A stretch of 61,528 nt of DNA. It comes from an uncultured Clostridia bacterium (GTDB lineage Bacteria > Bacillota > Clostridia > TANB77 > CAG-508). Shown piece after piece: positions 42,214 to 52,683 of this stretch. The stretch is from assembly GCA_944388705.1 (NCBI GenBank), contig CALXJU010000005.1, positions 1 to 61,528 on the forward strand, given 5' to 3'. The notes beneath the pieces are model-generated. The model was not told the DNA's origin. It worked only from the letters and a program-made list of their open reading frames with translations, and ran no database searches. How positions within the stretch are numbered: position 1 is the stretch's first letter; each line of letters begins with the position of its first letter. The position numbers and the translations under genes were made by a program.

Positions 42214-43290
42214 TTATTTTACATATTCATTTAAAGGTTTAACTTTGTAAGTTAATTCTCCCATTCTTTCAGTTGGAACATATCCTGGTTCTGCATTTAT
42301 AACATCAGGAATTCTATTAACAACTGAACCACAAGTTAATTCAACTGTTGCTGGTCTTGCAACAACAATTGTTGTATCTGGTTCTCCATGAATTGTCCAT
42401 TCATTTTTATCATAATCTTCTTTAGAATAAACTTTTCCTATACATTCACTTTCAATAGTGATTCCTTCTTTTGTTTCTGTAGTAACTACTGCACTCATTC
42501 CTGTAGCATCTCCTGCTTTAACTGTCATATTAAGAGTTGATGAAAATAAATCTTCTTTATAAGTTTGTGGTACACATTTTTGTCTTTGAGAAACTACTGT
42601 TAATCCTAATTTTTCACAAAGCCAACCATTTACATTCCACATATATGAAGGCAAATATTCTCCACTATTTATAATTTTTTGTCTTTCTTCATCACTTATT
42701 TTATCAACTGATGCAACTTCTTTATCAAAATCTTCTAATGTTAGACCTGCACCATGTGCTTTTGCTAATGCTATTCCATACTCTTCTACATTATAGCTTG
42801 AACTTCCTGTTATTTTTGTGATTTTTTGTGTAGAGCCTGCTATTGATGATATTAATTGACCCCAATATATATCTTGATATCCGCTTCCTGTTATTGTACA
42901 ATTATTCTTTTTTGCTAATTCGTCTATTTTTCTTGTTAATGTTGGATTAGAATTTGCTGGGAAGAATGCTTCTTCACATGTTGTAATTGCGTTTATTCCT
43001 AATTCTGCACATAACAATAGTGCATCTGCTGTTTCTTTTATTAAACTCATTGTTGTTACTACACATATATCTGGTTTTGTTTGTTGTAACATTTCTTTTG
43101 CATTTTCTGCACTTGTAACAACTACACCTTTATTTTCTGTTCCTAAAATTTCTCCAATGTCTTTTCCTATTACAGCTGGATTCACATCTACTGCTCCTAC
43201 TATTTCTCCACCTTTTTCATACACATATCTCATTGTGTATACACTCATTTTGCCTACTCCGTATTGTACAACTTTTACTTTTCTTTCCAT
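42214..43290 (-). CDS. NAD(P)-dependent dehydrogenase, DapB-like/2,4-diaminopentanoate dehydrogenase family
   Basis: YGVGKMS Rossmann motif, TTCEEAFFP, VNRIPDVINA.PG. Confidence 0.75.
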   Translation of the reverse strand: MERKVKVVQYGVGKMSVYTMRYVYEKGGEIVGAVDVNPAVIGKDIGEILGTENKGVVVTSAENAKEMLQQTKPDICVVTTMSLIKETADALLLCAELGINAITTCEEAFFPANSNPTLTRKIDELAKKNNCTITGSGYQDIYWGQLISSIAGSTQKITKITGSSSYNVEEYGIALAKAHGAGLTLEDFDKEVASVDKISDEERQKIINSGEYLPSYMWNVNGWLCEKLGLTVVSQRQKCVPQTYKEDLFSSTLNMTVKAGDATGMSAVVTTETKEGITIESECIGKVYSKEDYDKNEWTIHGEPDTTIVVARPATVELTCGSVVNRIPDVINAEPGYVPTERMGELTYKVKPLNEYVK

Positions 43291-43402
43291 AGAAAGACCT
43301 CCTTTTTACAAATTTTAGCAAGCAAATATTTTCTTTTGCTTGCCTACATTTTATCATATTATTTCCATTTTGCAAGTTTTTATTCTAAAAGTGACAGTTC
43401 TG

Positions 43403-44974
43403 TTACTTTAAAAGCAAAACCGTCTCCTTTAGCGCAAATCCCACATTAGTTTCTTTTCTCCATTTTTTAACTCTGTCATTTAAATATTTCAATATTTTAG
43501 ATTCAAATTCATTAACTTCAGAATCTGTATCTGCATTTGATTCACTTTTCATCATTTTTGCAGTTTCTTCTAATCCTATATATCCTAAAGTTAAAGTAGA
43601 ATTATCACCATATAAGAATTGATCTATTTTTTCACCTTTTTTTAAACGAGCTATTGCTCCATGTTGCCAATGAATTGGTGACATATCTGATTTTGTTCCC
43701 AATAATGCATAATGTCTACACATTAATGCCTCTTTACATAGTTCTAGTCTTTCATCTAATATTTTCCAAAATTCATCTTCATTTTCTTTTGTATTTTCTG
43801 CTATTGAAATTAAATTAATACTAACTGTACCTTGATTAAATTTTCCTTTTTCTTTTGCTTTATTAGCTTGTATAAATTCTACACTTGAGCATTTTGATGC
43901 CATTTGTACTAAAAATCCATATTCTTTATTTTCATTACTATTGTATTCATCTAATAAATAGATTAATTTTGGATATATTGGAGTTTCATAAATTCCATCT
44001 TCATTCTTTATTCCTTGTATTGCTTGTTTTAATATTTCTTCTATTATTTTTGCATTTTCTTCTGTATATTCATGTTCTGGTTCTAAATGAAGAAACAATT
44101 TTACATTTGGTGTTTGTCCATTTGTTGTTGTTAATGTATTTATTTGATATATTAACATCTGTACTCCTGATGATAATTCTTCTTTGATTCTATCGTTGAC
44201 TACTTCTTCTATTATTTCTTTTGATATTTTTCCTCCGTATTTTTCTGTTAAACTTTCTTTAAATTTATTATAACTTCTTCTTAAATATTTTCCTAAATGA
44301 ATTAAGTCTATTGATTGTTCTCCATATTGATTACTTCCTACAGTTTGAATTATTCGAGTCAACACAGTACATGCCACTTGAAAACTTTTAGGTGTTTCGA
44401 TTATTTTTCCATTTATTACTGTTCCATTGTCTAACATATCTTCGATATTTACTATACAACTATCAATTACTGGTTGTATGAAATAGTCTGCGTTATGAAA
44501 ATATAATATTCTTTCTTCATGTGCTTTAGATATTTTTTCTGGTAGTAAAATTCTTCTTGTTAAATCTCTTGAGACTTCTCCTGCTATGTAATCTCTTTGT
44601 ACTGCTGCAGAAAGAAGTTTTTTCTTTGTTTTTCCTTCAGCAACCTCTTTATCTTGATTTCTTAGTAATCCTAATATTGATTCATCTGTAGTATTCGATT
44701 TTCTTACTAGTGTTCTTGTATATCTATATACTATATATTTTTTAGCTAATTCATATCTGTCATATTCCATCAACTTTTGTTCTATTATGTCTTGTATATC
44801 TTCTACTAAAATCCTTTTTTTCCCTAACTCTTCTATATATGCTATTATTTCATTTATTTCTTTTTGGGTTGCTTTTTCTTTTTCTTTGACTTCTTTATTT
44901 GCTTTTTGAATTGCAATTTCTATTTTTGTTCTGTCAAAATCGATTGTTCTTCCATCTCTTTTTATAACTTTCAT
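43403..44974 (-). CDS. Shortened NrdD-like protein (ATP cone plus partial class III RNR body)
   Basis: VIKRDG ATP cone, RDYIAGEVS, YQINTL.TTNGQ.P, FNQG.VSINL; large internal deletions and no glycyl-radical C-terminus. Confidence 0.75.
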   Translation of the reverse strand: MKVIKRDGRTIDFDRTKIEIAIQKANKEVKEKEKATQKEINEIIAYIEELGKKRILVEDIQDIIEQKLMEYDRYELAKKYIVYRYTRTLVRKSNTTDESILGLLRNQDKEVAEGKTKKKLLSAAVQRDYIAGEVSRDLTRRILLPEKISKAHEERILYFHNADYFIQPVIDSCIVNIEDMLDNGTVINGKIIETPKSFQVACTVLTRIIQTVGSNQYGEQSIDLIHLGKYLRRSYNKFKESLTEKYGGKISKEIIEEVVNDRIKEELSSGVQMLIYQINTLTTTNGQTPNVKLFLHLEPEHEYTEENAKIIEEILKQAIQGIKNEDGIYETPIYPKLIYLLDEYNSNENKEYGFLVQMASKCSSVEFIQANKAKEKGKFNQGTVSINLISIAENTKENEDEFWKILDERLELCKEALMCRHYALLGTKSDMSPIHWQHGAIARLKKGEKIDQFLYGDNSTLTLGYIGLEETAKMMKSESNADTDSEVNEFESKILKYLNDRVKKWRKETNVGFALKETVLLLK

Positions 44975-45093
44975 TATTTTATTTCCTCCCAATCATCTAA
45001 TTTTATTATATAGTTATTTTTATTTTTTTCTGTTGCATATGCAACAATTTTATGATATATTTGGTTTAGATTTTTATACTTCAGGAGGTTACT

Positions 45094-45723
45094 ATGGATG
45101 CTAATTTTGATAAAGAACTTTTCATAGAAAAATTTAAAAATAGTTGTAACAGAATTCAAATTAAAAATTTTAAGAAAAATGAGATTGTTACTACTTATAT
45201 TGAAAAACGTAATCAGATTTGCATTGTTTTATCTGGTGAAGTTGATTTAATTAGATATGATTCTAATGGAAATAAAACTATTATTGGGCATTTTGTGGTT
45301 TCTGACGTTTTTGGTGAAGTTTTCTATCCAGCTAATACAAATAATGAACTTTTTGTAATTGCTCGTAAAAATTCTGAGGTTTTGTTTTTTACTTATGATA
45401 CTCTTTTCACAAAATGTAGACGTAACTGCGATTTTCATAAAGAGCTTACTAGTAATTTAACTGAGCTTTTTCTGGATCAAATTATTAATTTGAATTTACG
45501 CATAGAGCTTCTTACAAAACGTACTATTAGAGAAAAAATACTTTCATATTTTGATATACTTTCTAAACGCTCTATTAGACGTTCTTTTACTTTACCTTTT
45601 TCATATACTGATTTAGCTGATTTTTTGAGTGTTGATAGAAGTGCTATGATGAGAGAACTAAAACTTCTTGTTGATGAAGGTTTTATTAAAAAACACGGGA
45701 ACAGAATTACTTTAACATTTTAA
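45094..45723 (+). CDS. Crp/Fnr-family transcriptional regulator
   Basis: cNMP-like domain with FGE; HTH LADFLSVDRSAMMREL. Confidence 0.9.
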   Translation: MDANFDKELFIEKFKNSCNRIQIKNFKKNEIVTTYIEKRNQICIVLSGEVDLIRYDSNGNKTIIGHFVVSDVFGEVFYPANTNNELFVIARKNSEVLFFTYDTLFTKCRRNCDFHKELTSNLTELFLDQIINLNLRIELLTKRTIREKILSYFDILSKRSIRRSFTLPFSYTDLADFLSVDRSAMMRELKLLVDEGFIKKHGNRITLTF

Positions 45724-45791
45724 AAATCATAACTTCTGTAAAACAGAGGTTATGATTTTCGTTAACTAAAATATATTTAATGAATAATATT

Positions 45792-46367
45792 TTATTCATC
45801 ATCAAAAATTTCGCCATCAGCTTCTGCAAACTGTTCTTCTTCATTATTTACTGCTTGCTTTTCATTTTCTGTAACTTTTTGTTCTTGTCCTTTAACTTCT
45901 GGACTTTTAGATTTATTTTTCATCGCATTTATAATAGTTTTATTTCTTTCTTCACTGGCTTGAACAGTTTTATTAAACATATCGTTTACTTTTTGCAATA
46001 AATCTGGTACATAATCTAAAAGTTTATCAATATAAGAATCATGATTAACAGGCATTAATTTTACATTATCATTTTGAACAACTAAAAACGCCACTGGATT
46101 TATTGTAACCCCTGCTCCTGCTCCACCACCAAAAGGTAGTTTATATTCAATTTCTTCATTTTTATCTTTTCTATTATACTCTTTTAAAGTCTCTCCATTA
46201 AATTCACTTCCACCTGCAGCAAATCCGAAGCATACTTTTGAAATTGGTATAATTGTGATATTATTACCTGCTTCTATAGGTTCACCTATAATTGTATTTA
46301 CATCAACCATATCTCTGATACTACTCATAGCTGTTAGCATAAGACTTTCTATTGGATGTTCGCTCAT
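45792..46367 (-). CDS. gerW: Sporulation/germination protein GerW (YtfJ)
   Basis: MVDVNTIIGEP, IPISKV.FGFAAGGSEF, PFGGG.GAG...P.AFLV. Confidence 0.92.
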   Translation of the reverse strand: MSEHPIESLMLTAMSSIRDMVDVNTIIGEPIEAGNNITIIPISKVCFGFAAGGSEFNGETLKEYNRKDKNEEIEYKLPFGGGAGAGVTINPVAFLVVQNDNVKLMPVNHDSYIDKLLDYVPDLLQKVNDMFNKTVQASEERNKTIINAMKNKSKSPEVKGQEQKVTENEKQAVNNEEEQFAEADGEIFDDE

Positions 46368-46884
46368 TTTTATTTCCTCCCAATCTCTTAAAAATTTGAC
46401 TATATATATAATGTGTCAAATTAACTGTAAATATACTGTCTAATATTATTTTTATAAAATTTTTACCTGAATAAATAGGAATAACTTCATATCTTGGTTT
46501 TCTTATCAAAACACCTAAAACTGAAGCTATAATACCAACTACAATAGCTGTTAATGCTGCATCTTGTGTTCCAATTTGTATATTTAAATCTATTTTTTCT
46601 ATATTAATATTTTGTATTACTTCTTTATAATCTATTTTTAAATCCTTTTTCTTTAAAATTCTTATATCTAAATCTTTATTTCTAATTTTAATTTCTTTTA
46701 TGTCTTTATTTAAAATTTTTATTTTATTAAAAATAGATAAATAAATATTAATTTGATGGTCTTTATTTATTTTATCTGTACATTCAGTATTAATTTTGAA
46801 GTTTTGAATTTCTATGCCTAATTTTATTGTGTGAACTGCTATAATTAAAAATAAAATTATTATAAAAATAAAAAGAAAAAACAA
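46321..46884 (-). CDS. DUF2953/YtfI-like protein
   Basis: N-terminal TM, IGTQDAALTAI..G motif, upstream of gerW. Confidence 0.75.
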   Translation of the reverse strand: MFFLFIFIIILFLIIAVHTIKLGIEIQNFKINTECTDKINKDHQINIYLSIFNKIKILNKDIKEIKIRNKDLDIRILKKKDLKIDYKEVIQNINIEKIDLNIQIGTQDAALTAIVVGIIASVLGVLIRKPRYEVIPIYSGKNFIKIILDSIFTVNLTHYIYSQIFKRLGGNKNERTSNRKSYANSYE

Positions 46885-46923
46885 TATTATCGCCCTCTTT
46901 GCTTTAATACTATTTTTTCCAAT

Positions 46924-47676
46924 TTATTTTGTTTTATTCTTTTCAACTTCAATATCTCCAAACAATTCCTCTTGTTCTGTAATTACTTTATTTCTTCTTG
47001 ACATTTCTAATAGTCCTGAAAATGCAGTTACAACCTCTTTTTTGTTTCTTTTTTTAGGTGAAAATAATTTGTTAAATGTAAACTTTTTATATTTTATTAA
47101 TGCCTTATACATTTCTTTTACTGTATTTCCTACTGAATATGTTTCTACAATTGCAATTTTTTCAATATTTGAAGCATTTTCATTTATTTTATCTTTATTT
47201 TTTTCTATTAAATTTCTATAAAGAGTAGGAATTATATTTTTATCAAAATCTGTTCCAATTTTTTGTTTTGGTAATTCAATCTCTTCTTGCATTTTAAAAT
47301 ATCTTTTTGAATATTCCAAATAATTTTCCTTTAATTTTTTAGTAATCTCTTTATATTTTTTATATTCAATAATTCTTCTTATTAATTCTTCTTCACTTAT
47401 CTCTTCTTCATCATCTTGAGTTTTTGGTAATAAATGTTTAGATTTTAAATATAATAGTGTTGAAGCCATAACTAAAAATTCACTTGTTACATCTAAATTC
47501 ATTTTTTCCATATTATTAATATAATCTATATATTGGTCTGTTATTTGACTAATATTTATGTCATAAATATCCATTTTATTTTTATCTATTAAATGGCATA
47601 ATAAATCTAATGGTCCTTCAAAATTATTTATTTTTATTGAATATTTTTTTGTTTCTAATGCTAATACATTTTGCAT
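46924..47676 (-). CDS. scpA: Segregation and condensation protein A (kleisin)
   Basis: FEGPLDLL.HLI, SEFLVMASTLL.LKS, F..LLEM, QEELFGDI. Confidence 0.95.
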   Translation of the reverse strand: MQNVLALETKKYSIKINNFEGPLDLLCHLIDKNKMDIYDINISQITDQYIDYINNMEKMNLDVTSEFLVMASTLLYLKSKHLLPKTQDDEEEISEEELIRRIIEYKKYKEITKKLKENYLEYSKRYFKMQEEIELPKQKIGTDFDKNIIPTLYRNLIEKNKDKINENASNIEKIAIVETYSVGNTVKEMYKALIKYKKFTFNKLFSPKKRNKKEVVTAFSGLLEMSRRNKVITEQEELFGDIEVEKNKTK

Positions 47677-47678
47677 AT

Positions 47679-48098
47679 TTAATCACATCTGTATCCTTTC
47701 TTATACAAGTATTGCTCAATCTCTTGCTCTTCCATTGTTGCTGATTTTTTCATTTTAATTTTTTCAATACATTTTTGTTCATATTCATTTAATTTATCAT
47801 AATTTTTATCTATATATTCTTCTATTAGTTTTCTGTCTAATCCTTTTGCATATAATTTATATTTTATTTCTTTTATTGATAAAGTTTTTAATAACATATA
47901 TTCATTTACTTGTTTTTCTATAAATTCATAATCATCTAAATATTTTGCTTCTTTTAAATATTCAATTATATCATCTAGCATTTCTTCTTCAATTTGTCCT
48001 TTAAATTTATTTCGTACTTCATATTCTGTCCTTTTTTTGTACATAATATATTTAAATACTTTTGTTTTTTGTTTGTCAAATTCTTCTATACTATACAT
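47679..48098 (-). CDS. recX: RecX-family regulator
   Basis: RTEYEVR.K, YLDD..F, L..KG repeats. Confidence 0.8.
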   Translation of the reverse strand: MYSIEEFDKQKTKVFKYIMYKKRTEYEVRNKFKGQIEEEMLDDIIEYLKEAKYLDDYEFIEKQVNEYMLLKTLSIKEIKYKLYAKGLDRKLIEEYIDKNYDKLNEYEQKCIEKIKMKKSATMEEQEIEQYLYKKGYRCD

Positions 48099-48243
48099 AT
48101 TTTTCCTCTTTTCTTTTTCTTTCGTTATTTTATATGATTTTTCGTTTTTTTGCAAGATTTTTCAAGTATATTTTGTTTTAAAAAATTTATACTATTAATA
48201 GGTTTTATTGTTTATAAAACTAATTTTTTAAGGAGGATTTATT

Positions 48244-48726
48244 ATGAGTAAGAAATTGATTTTTATATCTAGCTTATTAGTTGCCATAATTTTCTCTTTT
48301 TCTGTAACATTTTGTTTTGCTACTGATGGTAATGATGGACAAAATATGATGAACAATGCTGTTAATGGTGTTCGTGATGCTGTTGGTGGTGCAGAAAATG
48401 CTGTTGAAGGTGCTGTAAAAGATGTTACAAATGGTGCAAAAGATATGACAGGTAATGCAGAAAATACTATGAATAACGTAACTGATAATAACAACAACAA
48501 TAATAACAATACTAACATAATGGGAACTACAAATACTAATACTGGATATTCAGCTAATAGAACTGCTACAACAAGAACTGCTACTAATGAAGGTACATTT
48601 TTAGGTATGACTTCTACTGCTTGGACTTGGTTAATACTAGCTGTTGCTGCTGTTGCTATAGTTGCTCTAGTTTGGTATTATTCAAATCAAATTTCTGATA
48701 GCAGAAGATATGATGATAATGACTAA
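48244..48726 (+). CDS. Secreted/membrane low-complexity hypothetical protein
   Basis: Signal peptide, Asn/Thr-rich body, C-terminal TM AWTWLIL. Confidence 0.7.
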   Translation: MSKKLIFISSLLVAIIFSFSVTFCFATDGNDGQNMMNNAVNGVRDAVGGAENAVEGAVKDVTNGAKDMTGNAENTMNNVTDNNNNNNNNTNIMGTTNTNTGYSANRTATTRTATNEGTFLGMTSTAWTWLILAVAAVAIVALVWYYSNQISDSRRYDDND

Positions 48727-48873
48727 TTAATAAGTTTAAATATGTTACTATAAAATAAGTTAAACATTTTATTTTAGACGAAAGTTGACTTATTTAATAG
48801 TAACATATTTTTTGATTTATAATTGAATTTTTCTCTTATTGTATGTTATAATAGCATAGAAAAGAGGTATTTT

Positions 48874-49332
48874 ATGAATATTAAATTAATCGCTAAAAAT
48901 CCAGTTGCTTATCATAATTTTAATATAGAAGATAAATTTGAAGCTGGTATTGTTTTAACAGGTACAGAAATAAAATCTATTAGAGCTGGTAAAGTTAATT
49001 TAAAAGATAGTTATGCAGGTTTTAATAAAGGTGAATGTTACATATATTCTATGCATATTAGTCCATATGAACATGGAAATATTTTTAATAAAGACCCTTT
49101 ACGTGATAGAAAATTACTTTTAAATAAAAAAGAATTAAATAAACTTTTTGGAAAAGTAAAACAAGACGGTTATAGTCTTGTTCCTATTAGCTTATATTTT
49201 AAAGGTAGTTTTGTTAAATTAGAACTTGGTCTTGGCAAAGGTAAAAAATTATATGATAAACGTCAATCTCTTGCAAAAAGAGATGCTGAAATTAGAATGA
49301 GAAAAGCTATGAGAGCACAAGAGAAAATGTAA
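48874..49332 (+). CDS. smpB: SsrA-binding protein
   Basis: [33 protein letters not shown]. Confidence 0.97.
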   Translation: MNIKLIAKNPVAYHNFNIEDKFEAGIVLTGTEIKSIRAGKVNLKDSYAGFNKGECYIYSMHISPYEHGNIFNKDPLRDRKLLLNKKELNKLFGKVKQDGYSLVPISLYFKGSFVKLELGLGKGKKLYDKRQSLAKRDAEIRMRKAMRAQEKM

Positions 49333-49379
49333 TATAAAAAATGCCGTTTCTTAGTGAATCGGCATCTTTTATTTATATT

Positions 49380-50312
49380 TTATGCTTTATTTGCTGAACC
49401 AAATACATCTTTCATTTTATGTGCAACTGTTTGTTGGATTAATTCTCTTGCTGGTTTTAAATATTTTCTTGGGTCAAATGCACTTGGGTCTTCTACAAAT
49501 ACTTTTCTTATTCCTGCTGTCATTGCAAGTCTTAAGTCTGTATCAACATTTATTTTAGATACTCCTGATACACTTGCTTCATGTAACATTTCATCTGGAA
49601 CTCCTTTTGCACCAGGGATATTTCCACCATATTTATTACACATTTCTACTAATTCTGGAATTACTGTTGATGCACCATGTAATACTATTGGTGTATTTGG
49701 TATTCTTATTTTTATTTCTTTTAAAATATCAAATCTTAATTTTGCTTCTCCTTTAAATTTATAAGCCCCATGACTTGTTCCAATTGCTATTGCAAGTGAA
49801 TCAACACCTGTTCTTCTTACAAATTCTTCTGCTTGAGCTGGGTCTGTATATATTGCATCTGATGCTGCAACATTTACATCATCTTCTATTCCAGCTAATT
49901 TTCCAAGTTCTGCTTCTACTACTACTCCATGAGCATGTGCATAATCTACTACTTCTTTTGTTAGTCTAATATTTTCTTCAAAATCATATTTTGAGCCATC
50001 AAACATGACTGAAGTAAATCCTGCATCTACACACATTTTACATGTTTCAAAATCTGGTCCATGGTCTAAGTGCATTGCAATTGGAATATTTGGATGTTCC
50101 TCTACTGCTGCCTCTACCATTTTCATTAAATAATTTATTTTTGCATATTTTATTGCACTTGATGAAGCTTGTAAAATTACTGGTGAATTTTGCTCTGCTG
50201 CTGCATCTACTATTGCTTGTATTAATTCCATATTATTTACATTAAATGCTCCTATTGCAAATCCTTCTTTCATTGATTTTTCAAACATTTCCTTTGTTGT
50301 TACTAATGCCAT
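49380..50312 (-). CDS. fba: Fructose-1,6-bisphosphate aldolase class II
   Basis: GAFNVNN, HLDHG, VEAELG, GTSHG, VLHGAS, KINVDT. Confidence 0.97.
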   Translation of the reverse strand: MALVTTKEMFEKSMKEGFAIGAFNVNNMELIQAIVDAAAEQNSPVILQASSSAIKYAKINYLMKMVEAAVEEHPNIPIAMHLDHGPDFETCKMCVDAGFTSVMFDGSKYDFEENIRLTKEVVDYAHAHGVVVEAELGKLAGIEDDVNVAASDAIYTDPAQAEEFVRRTGVDSLAIAIGTSHGAYKFKGEAKLRFDILKEIKIRIPNTPIVLHGASTVIPELVEMCNKYGGNIPGAKGVPDEMLHEASVSGVSKINVDTDLRLAMTAGIRKVFVEDPSAFDPRKYLKPARELIQQTVAHKMKDVFGSANKA

Positions 50313-50380
50313 ATAATATCACTCCTTCTTTTATTATTGTCTTAATTTTATTTCTATTTTTTATTTTTGTCAATATGAAA

Positions 50381-50853
50381 TTAATAAATTTAGATTTTAA
50401 ACTATTAAATCTTTATGAGCGAGTAGGAAGCACACATATGTATTTAAAACATTCCAAATTTTGGACAAGCCAAACTTCCCGTATAAAATCTAATATATTC
50501 AGATGAGCCTCTTTCATTCAGGCTCAAGCTTATAAATATGTTTATTTTGATTAAACAACGAATACGACCGGAATAGTGTTACAAATTCTTAAACTAAAGT
50601 CATAAAGGTCCCCATTTTTGGGTATTGTTGTGACTTTAGTTTTAGAATTTGTTAACGTTATGTAGGGTAGTCGAGGCAGTTTATGAAAAATACACATATT
50701 TATAAGCTTGCCCATGAACATTCCTCATCTGAATATATAAGATTTTCTAACGTTAAGTTTAGATGTACAAAATTTTTCATTTTTTTAAATACATATGTGT
50801 GCTTCCCACTACCTCATAAAATGTTTTCTTTGTTTAAAATCTAAATTTATTAA
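50381..50853. repeat. ~470-bp rod-like imperfect palindrome, copy 1
   Basis: Self-complementary end to end; ~360-bp core (50436-50796) almost identical to 56509-56868. Confidence 0.9.
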
Positions 50854-50856
50854 ATA

Positions 50857-51021
50857 CTATTCATCACATTCGTAACTTCCGCACATAGATTCATCTGCTT
50901 TTCTTGTTTTGCAATCTTGTGTTGGTTGTACTTGTATTGCTTGTAATGTACATCTAGCAGTTTCACTATCTTGATATACACAACTTTCTACTGTACAATT
51001 TATTTTTTGATTTTTATCCAT
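50857..51021 (-). CDS. DUF1540-like small Cys-rich protein (not in ORF track)
   Basis: MDKNQKINCTVESCVY..RCTLQAIQV..ESMCGSY, 54 aa, AGGAGG RBS. Confidence 0.8.
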   Translation of the reverse strand: MDKNQKINCTVESCVYQDSETARCTLQAIQVQPTQDCKTRKADESMCGSYECDE

Positions 51022-51138
51022 AATTAACCTCCTTCTGACAAAAAAGTCATCATTAAATATTATCTACTAATTTTATGTTTTTATTCTAAAGTATATTTTT
51101 TTACATTTTTCGCATAATAATTTATAAGGAGTTTTCAC

Positions 51139-51420
51139 ATGATTGCAAAAATAATTATAATAAGTAATAAATTTGGAGAAATAAATAAATTTTTGACAGA
51201 ATTCTATTCTAAAGAACAAAATTTAGAAAATGTTTTATCTTGGCAAAAACAATTTTCCAATCCTATAGAAATTTCTGAATTTATAGGAACATTTATTGAT
51301 AGTTTTTCCAATTTTGAAATATCTATGTGGATTTCTTTAGATGAAAATGTTTATATAAAAATTTCTAACTCTAATTCTAATGATATAATTAAATATTTAT
51401 TTGAAAGATACCCATATTAA
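51139..51420 (+). CDS. Conserved hypothetical protein
   Basis: AGGAG RBS, 93 aa ending YLFERYPY. Confidence 0.65.
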   Translation: MIAKIIIISNKFGEINKFLTEFYSKEQNLENVLSWQKQFSNPIEISEFIGTFIDSFSNFEISMWISLDENVYIKISNSNSNDIIKYLFERYPY

Positions 51421-51430
51421 AAAAAGATAC

Positions 51431-51632
51431 TTATATATATTCATATTAATTAATTAAAAACATTCCAGTATTTTGGATAAGCTAAACTTTCGTAGAAATT
51501 ATAATAAAAAACGATGAGCCTCTTTCAATATGAAATTGAACATCCCTCACCGTTTTTTATTTAATTTCTTAACTTCAAGTTTAGATATACAAAATACTTT
51601 CATTTATTTTAATTAATTTATATGAATTATAA
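51431..51632. repeat. Short variant of the rod-like palindrome
   Basis: Shares CATTCC..TTTTGGA.AAGC.AAACTT, GATGAGCCTCTTTCA, TGAACAT.CCTCA, AAGTTTAGAT.TACAAAAT modules. Confidence 0.8.
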
Positions 51633-51637
51633 TAATA

Positions 51638-52075
51638 TTATTTTTCTATTATTATAGTAACAGGTCCATCATTTAATAATTCCACTTTCATATCTGCTCC
51701 AAAAATTCCTTTTTGTACTTCAATACCTGTTTTTTCGCATTGTTCACAAAAATACTCATATAATGGAATTGCTTCATCTGGTTTTGCAGCTTCAATAAAA
51801 CTTGGTCTATTACCATCTGCACAATTTGCATATAATGTAAATTGTGAAACAATTAATAATTTACCATTCACATCTTTTAAATTCAAATTCATTTTATCAT
51901 TCTCATCTGTAAATATTCGTAAATTACATAATTTTCTAACCAAATAATCTGCTTCTTTTTTTGTATCACCTTGTTTTATTCCTACTAAAACAAGAAATCC
52001 TTGATTTATTTGCCCTACTACTTTTTCATCAACTTTTACATTTGCATATTTTACTCTTTGAACTACTATTTTCAT
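51638..52075 (-). CDS. dtd: D-aminoacyl-tRNA deacylase
   Basis: VVQRV, SQFTL, GNRPSF, FGADM.V.L.NDGPVT. Confidence 0.97.
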   Translation of the reverse strand: MKIVVQRVKYANVKVDEKVVGQINQGFLVLVGIKQGDTKKEADYLVRKLCNLRIFTDENDKMNLNLKDVNGKLLIVSQFTLYANCADGNRPSFIEAAKPDEAIPLYEYFCEQCEKTGIEVQKGIFGADMKVELLNDGPVTIIIEK

Positions 52076-52603
52076 CTAATTTTCTTCTTTCTTTTCTTTT
52101 TCCTCTTCTTCTTTTATTTCTTCTTGTAACTCTTCTTTTACAATTTCTTTTTCAGTTTCATTTTCTGGTTTAATCTCTACTGTTTCAAGTTCTTCTAATA
52201 CAGCTTCAGGTTCTTTTGCCTCTTCAGTAGCTTCTGTTTCTTCTTGTTTTTCTCCACAATATGGGCAAAATGCGCTTGTTTTTTCTATTGTTTTATTACA
52301 TTTTGGACATACTTTTTGGTCTTTTAATTCTAATATTGATTTTAAACATGTTTCAATTTCTGCTGATAATACATCTATTTTTGTACATTCTTCTTCCAAT
52401 TCTGTACTTATATCTATATTTTCTTCTCTCACATGTTTTTCATAAACCTTTTTACCTATTTCTGTATATAAATCTTTAATATCTGACTTGTTTTCATTTA
52501 TTTTCATTTTTAATTTTGCTTCTTTTGCAATTTTACTTGTTTTTTCTGCTGTTGCACCATATGCTTCACTAGCTTTTTTACCTAATTTACTAAGAAAATC
52601 CAT
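52076..52603 (-). CDS. Zinc-ribbon domain protein
   Basis: Coiled coil plus CPKC..FCPYCG. Confidence 0.75.
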   Translation of the reverse strand: MDFLSKLGKKASEAYGATAEKTSKIAKEAKLKMKINENKSDIKDLYTEIGKKVYEKHVREENIDISTELEEECTKIDVLSAEIETCLKSILELKDQKVCPKCNKTIEKTSAFCPYCGEKQEETEATEEAKEPEAVLEELETVEIKPENETEKEIVKEELQEEIKEEEEKEKKEEN

Positions 52604-52683
52604 TTTTATTCCTCCTATTATTACATATTATGTTTTATTTTTAAAAAAATTATGTATATTTATTATATTTTAAATTTATTTCT

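Noticed and set aside
48737-48810. Long AT-rich inverted repeat before smpB as a switch or tmRNA
   Set aside because: It lacks the TCnTnAAT-N7-ATTnAnGA sites and tRNA-like ends, and is best explained as a terminator.
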